This document shows positions 21,082 to 31,900 of a DNA stretch of 64,000 bases, piece by piece. The DNA comes from Lama glama (Eukaryota), in contig CM052839.1 of NCBI GenBank assembly GCA_028534125.1, positions 45,508,001 to 45,572,000 on the forward strand, read 5' to 3'. Positions within the stretch are counted from its first letter, which is position 1, and each line of letters begins with the position of its first letter. A model generated the notes under the pieces. The model had not been told where the DNA came from, did not search any database, and was given only the letters and a program-made list of their open reading frames with translations. The translations under genes were made by a program, and so were the position numbers.

Positions 21082-23690
21082 CGCGCGGCGGGGAAGCTGG
21101 TGGGCTCGGCGGCTTGGCAAAGGGCCGGCGTGTTTCACGCCAAAGGCGGGAAGCCCGAGGTCCTGGCCTCGCCGCTCGCCCGAGGCGCCTTCCTGGGGGC
21201 TCCCTGCGGGGCAGCCGCAGCCCCCCACCGCCGTGCGGGGGCCCTCGGGCTCCACCGGACCCCCTCGCGCGCCCCAGGGTCGGGCCGGTCTGGGACCCGA
21301 GCCAGTACCCGGGCTCCCCCCGGGCGGGGGCCCGTCAGAGCGCATCTCCTCCTAGCGAGCGGCCCGCTCCTGAAGCGACTTGCTAAGGGCTTGGGGGAGG
21401 GGCTGGACCCGCGAAGTCCGGGAGCGGGGCGGGCAGTGTCTGGTCTGGCCATTTCCACGGCCGAGGGGCTCTCGGCCTAGAGGCGGGTCTCCTTCCTCTG
21501 CGCTGCTGGGCCACCCCACGCCTACACCGTCGCCAGGACATGCAGTGTTTGAGCCTAACGCGGACAGGTGTGTCCCTCCCTTTATGCCTGAACACCAGCT
21601 GTCCGTGAGTGTGCTGGTTTGACTGGACAATGGGGACAGAGTCAGCAAGAGGAATTCTGGGTTGAGGGCAGAGGACCACAAAGAAAATGACTGGCTGGGC
21701 CTCAGGAAGGGGGCCAGCTCACCAGCAGTTAGCCTGGGGGTCAGGGTGAAGCCAGGCCAGGATGCCTCTGCTCCCTCATCTTGGCTGCTTCCATCCCTGC
21801 CCTCCAAGGCTCTGGAGACTGGTGCTGACCAGAGGGGGGCCAAGAGCTCTCCGGACGAGAGACTCCGAGACCCCTGAAAGGGGCCTGCAGGCTGGTCTGT
21901 TACGTCCCTCTCCTGTAAGACACCAATGAGAAAATCGCCAAGGCCAGACACCTGTGAACAGAAGCGGCCTCTGGAGGTCGTGGCTGGACAGACAAGTTGA
22001 AGGGGCCCTGCTGCCAAGTGTTTTCTGGGCTTGGGTGTTAAGCTCACCTCACCAAGGTTGGTGTACCTTCCAAAACGCAACCACTAGCACAGTGGTTGAA
22101 GGTGAGGTGGGCACTCAACCCCAGGGCAAGGGACAGCCACTGTCCCAGTGTTTCTGGGTTGGACCGGAACGAGTGCGGCATTTGCAGTCTGTCCTTTGCC
22201 CTGAGACCAGCTTCCACTTGGCCTTTGGAATCAGTCGGGAGTGAGGACACTCTCCTGTCGAGACACCCCTCCAAAGTCCCCGAGGGCACGGGTGTTCTCG
22301 GCTGGCCTTCTGACCACCGGTCCTCGTGGGACACACACCCACACTGATTCCCATCAGGTCCTGCCAGACTGTTTTCTGACACCAACAGAACTACACCGGA
22401 AATGTCCTGGAGGAAATGACCACGTGGGGAAGGGAGCTGGGAGGAGGTGGGCTGAACTGGGCAGGCCTCACCTCCCAGGTTCAGCCCTGACTGGCCAGGC
22501 ACTGTTACATTGGTCACTCCTCTGTCCACTCCCTTCTGCTCAGACGGACTCACAGGCTCCTGGCCCCAAGCCCAGGCAAGTCCCACACTCAGTGATACAG
22601 GAAGTTGTGACCATCAACAGTCCATCTAAACAGTGAGGAGGCCCTGGAGATTACAGACATGAGCAAAGGGCTTAGACGGTTCAGGGGTGAAATGGAATGA
22701 CGGGACCCCTTGTGTTGGTGGAGGCCTGCGAGACAGCAGAGCATGGTGCTGATAATCTGTGGTCTCCACGCCACACGTGGAGGCTGTCATCTTCCCAAGG
22801 ACAAATTACCACGAGAGTGCATGGGGCAGGTGTGGGGGGGACAGGACACAGCTCATGTAGGGAAGCCACAGACTGTCATGTGCTTTGCAGGTAGCAAGGC
22901 CCACCAACATGTTCAGTGTGCCAGGAAAGGGGGTGGCAGAACCCCGAGTTGTTTCCAAGCAGCATATTCCATTTGTTTGATTTGGTGGGGGCTGTTCCAG
23001 AACCTCATCACTTCACAGAACCAGCAAGTCAGCAGCCTGAGCCGCAGAGGGCAGGGTACTGCTGGTAAACGCAGGCCAGCTCAGGGACAGGACTGGAGCT
23101 GGCCGCTGAGGGCCTGCCCACCCTCATCCAGAAGCTAGGCCAGGCCTGCCTCACCCCAGGGCCCCGTGGACATCAGCAGGCGCTGCTATGTACTTGATCG
23201 AAGAATGAGTCAGGGGCCAGAGGACAGAGTGGGCTGAAAGGTGGGTGTGAAAGCTGACCCCTTGACACCAGAGGGACGCCTCCTGGCTGTCACATGACCA
23301 GTACTTATGGCTCCACTGCTCCCACCCCGCCTCCGCACCTGTGCAACCCGAGGGCTTCCGGGCCTCATCCTTCCTGGCCGAGCGGACCTGACCCACCTGG
23401 CAGAGGCCGGGAGCAGCAACCTGGCTGACAGGTGAGAAAGGGGCAGAAGGGGCCCAGAGGAACCGGGCTCTGCTCTCGCCGTGGACGTCCCCCTGGGGCC
23501 CAGGGCCGAGGAGCCTGGGCAGAGGCGTGGGGTCTCTACCCTCCAACAATCCACGCATGTCAGCGGAGGACAGCGCCATGTGGAGGGCGTCGTCAAGTCA
23601 CCGGGCAAAGTAGGCGCAGCAAGGCTCCGGGCAGGGAGCGGTCTCGGGTGCAGGAAGGACAAACAGGGAGCTGGCAGCGCTTCAGGCGCT

Positions 23691-23696
23691 TTTATT
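23691..23696 (-). terminator. NPLOC4 polyadenylation signal AATAAA
   Basis: TTTATT on the + strand about 2.1 kb past the stop; followed on the minus strand by U/GU-rich ctccctgtttgtccttcc. Confidence 0.75.
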
Positions 23697-25803
23697 GGTT
23701 CCACCTGAGGGCTGGGGTCCAGGCGATGCTGCTGCAACCCCCACAGCCACACCTGGAAGCCCCAAGCGGGAGCACCAGAAGCCTGGTGGGCGCAGGCCGG
23801 GATCCTAGTCACCCTCACTGGGTTACAGTGCTCCTCGGGCTGGCAGGATGCAGGTGGCGCTGGGGGCCTCTCCCCTGTGCCTGAGGCAGCTGGCAAGGCC
23901 CCCCACTTCTGCTGAGCTCCGACTCTCTTTGGACAATAAAATAAAGTGCAATACTGAACAAAGAGTGACTCAAAACCAGAAGCAGAGAAATCACAACACT
24001 TTTTGTTTAGCTAAAAGACAAAAGAAAACAAACTATGCAGATGCCAGAACTCCAGAGTGAGCAGAATACGGTTGGAGAAAAGGAAACTAGCTCGGTGGAT
24101 GAAGACGGGAGTGAGGACAGAATCGGGGGGCCATGGAGTCCGAGGTCGGCTCCCCAGGATCCCCTGCAGCCTCACATCTGAACACAGGTGCAGACGACGC
24201 GGGGCCAGAGCTCCAGCCAGCGCAGCTGCCAGGAACACGACCAGACCGTCTTCCCAGCTCCTCGGCAGGTGAGCTGGGGAGCCAATGCTTCAGACTGGCT
24301 GCTCCGCACCCTCCTGCCCCCAGAACAGACAGCTCCACCGTAGCCAGATGCAACCCCATCGGCCACTTGGTGTCCCACGCCAGTGGACCTGGAGGTGCCA
24401 GGCTGGCCCTGGCCACAGATGAACGCCACCCCCAGGTGTTCTCTGCTCGCAGGTAAGGAAGGGTCACACAGGCTTGCTTCCTGCCCCTAGGATAGAGACA
24501 TACAGGCCCCAAGCAGTCTGTGTCTGGGCTGGCCTCTCCTGCAGGTGGATGCAATGCAGCTCAGAGATACAGCTCTTGTTAAGGCAAAGAGGCATCAGAT
24601 GTCCACAAAATCCCTGGGGAAGGGCCAGACTGTAGCCGGCCAGAGGGAAACGCCGGGACCCCAGGGCACGTGCAAGGTCTGACCACAGCCTCTGTCCAGG
24701 GTTGGCCTGGGCCCACACCTCAGCCCGGTGTCAACCTTTACAGATCCCCACAGCAGCCCCACTCGGCCCTCAGAACAGGCCAAGCGCCTGCTCCCTCACC
24801 TGGCCTGTCTTGTGACCATGTCACTGAGCCAGAGGCCTGGGCCGGGGCCGGGGCCGGGCAACAGGAAGGAATGGGGCAGAGGGGACTGGAGCGTCTGGTC
24901 CTGCCTGGGCTGTCCGGTTCACCCCACGCAGGCCTGGTCAGCAGCATCGGCTGCCCGGAGGGGCTGCCTCCTTGGTGGGAGCCACCACGAGGCTCCTGCT
25001 CGGACCACCTGTGTCCACAGCTGTCCCAGCTGTGCGGCTTGGTGGAAAGGTCTCAGGCACTGAGGTTTACTTCCGAGGAGACTGACTATGGGTCCCCGTC
25101 CACACTGACCCACCCTGCACACACTTGCAGGGCCTCACTGGAGGGAAGGAAGTGGAAACTAGTCTCTCTCACGCCCTTTTGATGTAGTTTTTATCTGAAA
25201 AAAAAATAAATAAAAGTCTTCTGGGCAGGAATTGCCGCTAACTGTTACTACAACCAATGCAGACATTAAAATCCCCCTGGACGCTGGGTAAGAGCAGAGA
25301 AGGGTGGGCAGCAGGTTCGCCTGCAGACCAAGCGGACGGGAAGCCAGCGAGCCCGTGGCCACGCGTTTCCGGCAGACGATGGCTACTGGGAGGGGACAGG
25401 TCTGCCCCAGAGCAACAGGGTAGAGGCCACCAAGAGCTCCCAACCGAAAACATGGGAGGGGCAGGAACAAAAAGCATCCAAAAAGAAGGAGAGAAAGCTG
25501 GATGGCGGCAAAAGCCCTCCCGCCCCCGGATTCCAGGTGGTGACTGAGAGGCACCTGGTCCTTCGACCGCAGCAGGGGGCTGCTGCGCTGCATCTGCGCA
25601 GGGCAGGGCCGTGCCCCCACCAGGAGACCGGTTGCAGCCTGCACAGCACCAGTCTGGCTCCCTCCCTCCAGGGAAGTCTGGTGCCGAGAAGCTTCGTGGG
25701 CCAGAGACCCCAGGGCAGCTGCCCCCCGCCCCACCTGCATGGCTGCCGGTGTGGGGCACGGTTACAATCCTGGCTTCAGAGAGGGCTGGGGTGGGCCCAG
25801 TCC

Positions 25804-25820
25804 CGCCAGCAGGGGGCGGA
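25804..25820 (+). promoter_or_regulatory. CTCF core motif next to NPLOC4 stop codon
   Basis: CGCCAGCAGGGGGCGGA matches the CTCF core. Confidence 0.5.
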
Positions 25821-25823
25821 GCC

Positions 25824-25981
25824 CTAGGTCCGGGGGAGGCTGCACATCTCGCAGTGGCCGGTGCCCGGCTGGTTCATGAAGGTGCAGTGCTGGCAGGCCC
25901 ACACGGCGGCCGAGGCGGCGTGCACGGAGCCCCCAACGGCGCCGTACTCCTGGAGGCCGGGAAGCTGCACGCCGACAGTGC
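25824..25981 (-). CDS. NPLOC4: NPLOC4 exon 17 coding part (158 nt), NZF zinc finger
   Basis: cccacag|; encodes [13 protein letters not shown]...[25 protein letters not shown] then TAG. Confidence 0.96.
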
Positions 25982-28900
25982 CTGTGGGCCGGGAAGAGAG
26001 CAGCAGTGTCATTTCTGCACAGCGAAGCTGCCCGCCCCGGGGTGGAAGCAGCAGGTGCGGCGCCAGACCCCCGCCGCTGGCCCCCCGCTCACACACACAA
26101 CCCCGACAGACAGACACATCTGCAGAGCTGGGAGCCATCGCCTGTGGCCACCAGTCCGCCTGCCGGGCCCGGGCCCGCCTGTCAGGGTCCCCTTTGTGCT
26201 GGTGGGCGGCAGTGCTCCTGTGAGCTGCACCGCGGCCCCCCTCCCCCTCCAGTTCTGAGCGACTCTCAACACAGGTGCCATGAATATTCTTGCACCAATG
26301 GCTGTGTGGATCCGTGTTTCCTTGTCTCTTGGGTAAAACGTAGGTGCACGCTTGCTGGGTTCTAGGGTAAGTGAACGGCTGAGAAACGGCCAGATGGCCT
26401 CCCTTCTCACCAGCGTGTGTGAGGTTCCAGTCGCTCTGTGAGGTTGGATTTTCATTTCATTTCACACTCACAATGTTATGGTATCTCCTTTAATTTCCAT
26501 TTTTCTGACAACTGGTGGTGACCGTCCTGTATCTCTCTGTGGGGAATGTCTAAGCCATTTGCCCAGTTTTCACTCATGCCCTTGGTTCTGATCATCGACG
26601 TGCTGGGATCGCTGTGTCTGTCAGATGTGGGTCCCACGTCACAGAAGGGGTGGCAAGTACCTTCTCATGTGCTGACAGCATCCCTGGGTGAGCACAAGTG
26701 TTTCATTCTGATCAAGTCCAGCTGAACAGTGTTTTCCGGTCAGTGTTCTTCTCTGTCCTACCCCAAGGTCTTGAATAGATTTAACTCTGTTTTTTCACGT
26801 GAGTTTCACTTTACAGTTGCAGCTTTTACCGCGAGGTCTCTGACCCATCCGGAGTCGCTTTTGACGTGGGTGTGTATTATAGAAGTTGAGGTTCATTCTA
26901 CCCACACAGATCCCCAGCGGTTTCCTTGCACTTTTCTGAAAAGGATGCCTCCTCCGGTCACTGCTCAGCCCCCACCTGGCCCGGGGGTCTAACGTCCTCC
27001 TGCTGACAGCGCCGCCTGCTCACGGCAGCTTACACGTCGGGCACACGCACTACCACATCCTCTGGCTTGTTCTCGCCTCACGCTGCCTTCTGGGCCCTCT
27101 GCGTTCCTGGGCAAATTTTACAGCTTTTTTTACCCTCCCTCCCCCTGCACAAAAAAAAAAGCCTATGGGGCTTTTGATTGTACCGATCAATTTGGGGGAA
27201 GCTGACATCTTAGAACTGTACTGTCTTCCGACCGAGGATGATGCTATTTCTCTCCCATTTGCTAGCTCTTCCTTTGCAGTGTTGGCCTCCCACAAAGAGC
27301 TTTCCGGTGACTTTTGTTTCCTGTACTGAGGTCACTCATGCTCCGCAATGCTCTGCGTGTGGCACTACCGCTGACTTGTGTCACCAACCGCAGCACATCT
27401 GATGATCGTGCAGCCCCTCTCAGCAGCGTCAGGGACCACCGGGACCTCTCCCGTAGGGGCTGCAGGCAGTGGGCCCAGACCATGTCGCCCTGCTGCCGTG
27501 GGACTGATGCCTGCCACGGCCTGGGTTCCTTCTCACTCCGTCTGTGCACGAGCTCCTGCAGGTCACTGGCTCTTCCCTCATGTCTAGTGGGGATGGCAGA
27601 AGTGAGCCAAATGCTCAGACTGAAACTTCCTCTGATCTGGTTTTCCTGTCCCCCGAAGGGCCCATGTCTGTCCAGGACGACCTCCCAGCCTCCCTGTGCA
27701 CACTCTCTGGGCTCAGACAGGGCTCCAAACTGCTGCCAGCAGCGTTTCCGTGGGAAGCACCTGAGCCGGAGGGCTGCTGTGCTGGGGGTGTGAGAGCTGC
27801 ACCAGGTGCTGACTGCTGGCGGCACCGCACCACTGTCCACGGGAGGACACAAGGCCATGGGCTTCACTGTAAGGCTTTTGGTGGGAACAGAGTGTCCTCT
27901 GTTTCAGAACGTGGAGCAGGAAGACCACGCGGCACGTCCAGCCACATTCCCAGTGTGGCCATCAGAACTGTGCAAAGGAAAACTGAAGAGGGGGAGCAGC
28001 AGGATGACTGCCCGGCGCCCGACCACTCAGCTCCCAGGTACTTCGTGTCAAGAGAGAGCCTACTGGGCTCCCTTGTGGCCTGGATTCCATCAGGTTTCCT
28101 GATTTTGGCTCAAGTATCTTCCCCCTTGATTGAGAAAATGGCCAGAACACTTCTCTGTGTGTATTTTCAGGGCTGCCTTAGGGGGTGTGCCAGTATTTCT
28201 CAAAGCCACAGGGAAGGGCCACCACGGCCGCCTGCCCTCTTGAGCCGGGGGTGGGGGGTCAGCAGCCCCGGTGCAGGCAGCGAGGGACACCCCCAGGCTG
28301 ACGGGCGAGCTCTCGCTGGGCGGCACGGAGGCGCAGGGCCTGGAGACACAAGAGCCCACACTCCCTAACTCTGCTCCTCCTCATCCATCCAGAAAGCCGA
28401 GGATGGAGAGGGAGAGGGGGCAGAACAGCCCGCAAGCAACACGTGTGTGGACCTCAAGCTCCCGTTTCTCTAAAACGCTGACTTCCAGACTGCCCCCAAG
28501 ATGCCCAAAGAACGGCACAGCTGCTGTGCAAGCGGAGCGGGCCGCGCGCGACCCGGGCCCCGGCGGAGGACACTCACTGCAGAGCTGCTCGATGGTGGCC
28601 CACTGCTCAGACTTCTTCCACGTCTGGGCCAGCTCCTCGTTCCGGGTCCTCACGGCCTCCAGCAGCAGGCTGATGCTGTCCTACAAGAAGCCAAAAAAGG
28701 AAGTTCAACTCGCTTCACTGACAGTAAACAGACTTGCTCACAGTTTCTCCTCCCCCAACATCAAGACACAATTCAGAGAAAATTTCAAAAACCCCAGACT
28801 ATCACTGTGGTCACTTAGGTCTGTAAAGAGCACTGTCACCCGGGGCGTCTGGGCCCAAGGCCCCCTCCCGAGGGCCTGGATGGCTGACAGGGGCCCTGGC

Positions 28901-31900
28901 CACGCAGTCCACCTTCATCCCTCAGGCTCCCCTTGGGCTCCCTGTCTTCTCCGCATCCTAGGCCTCCTGGGTCCACGTGCAGAGAACCAAACAGTTCACA
29001 CGATGGAGATGCAGAAAGCCTTCCAGGGACACTCAGACGACACCCACAGAAAAGGCCTCCGAACAAGTGAAACAGCACACGCTCAGTGAGGAGGCCCTAC
29101 GCTTCCACCACTGGCCCACCAGCCAGCACTCGAACCCAGGCGGAGGTGCAACTCTCTGGGCCTAACAGGGAAGGCAAAGCCAGCGGCAAGACTCAGGGTG
29201 CCTGGTGTCAAATACCATAAGTGGGCAGTTTTGGGACAAACCACAGACACAAGACAAGCCCAGCAGGACACAAGAGCAGCTACAGAACCACCTGATATGG
29301 AGAAGCAGTGGTGGGGGCTCTCCTTTCCACGCTGTGACCTCAGGAAACATCCACGGGACATCCACGACACAGCCCACGCACGGGGCCTCCTGGCTGGACC
29401 CGCTGCCCTTGTGCTGCTCAGGGGGCAGCCGCCATCCGAGACCCGTCCTCCCCCCAACCACAGAGAGTCTTAAAAACGCTAGCTGTGCAAGCTGTGCACC
29501 GGGGCCTGGACGCTGGCCAACATTCTGGGCCAAGGCAATAAACCGGAGTTGATTTGGGAGGAGGGGAGATATCAGGATGAAGCAGAGGCTGTAATTCTGA
29601 AACTGCTCGGACAGGAATTTTTTAAATTGTTGGATCCCTAACGTTCCACACTAGAAGGAAACAGAGCTAAGCGGCCTCTGCATTCCACACGATTCTAACA
29701 GAGGAACCGGCCTCATCATGCACCTTCCAAGAAGCTGTCTCAGTGCAAATGCTAAGTGTGAAAAATTCACCTTTCTGTCAAGGCCCTTGTGCAAAGCTGC
29801 TGCCCAGGGGACAGATTAATAAGGGGGACCTCGACCCGGCTTTCCAGCCATGCTCCCACCCTGGCCCGCACCTGCAGAGGCATGACTTCGTTGGTGACCA
29901 GAAACAGCAGGAGGTGGAAATCCGAGATGGTATCCAGGAACACAGATGAGGTGTTCTGGGACAGGTAGGTAGCCAGACTGTGGAAGTCCTGGAGCGGTGG
30001 GCGAGGGAGGAGAAAGACATAAACGCTCCATGACAGTCCCCAGAGCCAGACCCGAGGGAGAGCCATGTCCTACGAAGACGAGACCGACCACGTTCAGTGC
30101 TGATGGCCGCCTTGCCCTCTGCTTCTAGAACCACTGGCCGGGACCCTGAGACAGAGGAGCCCAGAGCTACAGAATCCGCCCTCATCTCCCAGGAAAACGC
30201 TCTCCGCGCACCTGACTTATGGAAGACACGCATGTTCATAAAGCTGGCTTGGCTGTGAGACACGTCCCGACTTCCCTCCAGGTGGGGGAGGGCGTGGGGA
30301 GGGCGCCTGGGGGCGGGGACAGACCCGGCTGTCCAGACGCTGCTGCTGACTAGCTGTGCTGCACTGAGGGGCAGGCTGGGGTGTGTGATACTAGCACTTT
30401 CTGCAGGACCGAAACAAGCGACTTGAGACCCTCCCCCAGGAAGAGCCTCCGCACCCCTACGAGCACCTGGCGGAGGGGCAGCGAGGAAACCAGAGAGCTT
30501 CCGTAGACTAACTGCCGCTTCAGAAGGAAACCTCACTGCGCGTCCTCCCACCAGGCCCCTCTCTGCGATGCCCGTTAACAGCTCAGGCTGTGGCACCACA
30601 AGGCAGTCCCAGCAGCCCTGACCTGGCCTGGCGTGCAGGTGGGAGCAGGTCAGCGCTGCGTGCCCCAGCGCCCAGGTGGCCAGGCCGCCTGAGGCCCTGC
30701 AGCTCGATGGTGGGAGAAACATGGCGGGGTGAAGAGGCAGGGCAGAGCACGCGGCCTCAGAGACCGGGCCATCCGTTACCACTGAGCAGCGACACAGCTG
30801 TCAGAGGACACAAGATGCTCAGGGAAGCAGGCCCCTGAGAACGGTCCTCCTGGCCCCAGGCCTGACTTAAGGGGATTCACCTCCCGTGGCCTGCACCACC
30901 TCGCCCCAGAGGGGCTCGTGTGATCAACAGCGTCTCAGACAAAGGCCCAGCCAGGCTCTGTCACAAGGACACATCAGGAGAGTCAGAAACCTTGGGACTT
31001 TCTGGAAAACAACAGTGTCACTAGACAAACAAGCAGTAGTTACTTTAAGTTATGTTTCTAAAGATAAAAAGCTTACCTGTGTCTCACCCAACACATCCCG
31101 GTTTTCAATAGGAAATGGATTTTGTGAAATAGAAAAAGTATAAACAGGATCCTTGGGGAAAGTTGTTGTGATCTAATGGACAGAAACACAAACCCACGGT
31201 AAATCACTTGTGCTGTAAAGAGGGTGTGGGCTGAGCACACCCTGCCCAGAGCCCCGAGCTACTCGCAGCACCGGCTCCCGCTGAGGGACCGCGCGTCCAC
31301 CAGCACAGCCCCGAGATGAGAACTCTGAAACCCTGACTCCGGGACACAAACTAAAGTATCATCCTTAATATCGGTCGAGATCTCGGTGCCGGTGGGCAGT
31401 GTCCTAAATCCAGCCCCCAGACAGCCGCGCACACAGCTGCCCTCCCTCTGCCCAAGGTGAGCTGGAGAGGGGCCGCGGGAGCGGAGCGGGGGGCACCAGC
31501 GCCGTCTCAGGGCGTGGCTGGGGGGCACGTGCAGCCCAGCCCTCCAGTGGGCTGAGGCCCCTCTGGGCTCCCAGGCACCATGCACGCGCAGAGCAGGCGC
31601 ATCTGGGCGGGGGGGACGCCAGGGGCTGCAGAAGCGACTGAATCAAGAGCTCAATCAAGTCCGAAGGGGAGCCTCAGCCCTTCCCCCGGCTCAGACGTGC
31701 TTCAGTAGTGACAGGGCATTCTGAACCCAACGACAGCCGATGGGAGCTGCCGGACAGCGGCAGGTGTGCAAGAACCAGTACGAACACCATTTCCCTTCCC
31801 CCTGGCAGGTGCCCCTCCTCACAAAAGCACCCAAATGTGAGCTACCAACCACCTTTCAGCTGACGCAATGTCTCCTCTGCAATGTGACACTAGCGGCAGC

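Larger units (their letters stand above)
20570..21500. promoter_or_regulatory. CpG-island promoter of FAAP100
   Basis: Dense CpG, multiple GGGGCGGGG GC boxes, E2F-like sites at 21133-21152; spans exon 1; boundaries approximate. Confidence 0.88.

Noticed and set aside
20586-28578. In-frame NPLOC4-FAAP100 read-through fusion (same strand, about 2.7 kb apart)
   Set aside because: The usual join, NPLOC4 exon 16 (phase 1) to FAAP100 exon 2 (phase 0), is out of frame, and NPLOC4 has a canonical poly(A) signal.
29778-30782. 334-aa minus-strand ORF in NPLOC4 intron 14
   Set aside because: Crosses exon 15 out of frame, non-ATG start, no domain-like sequence.
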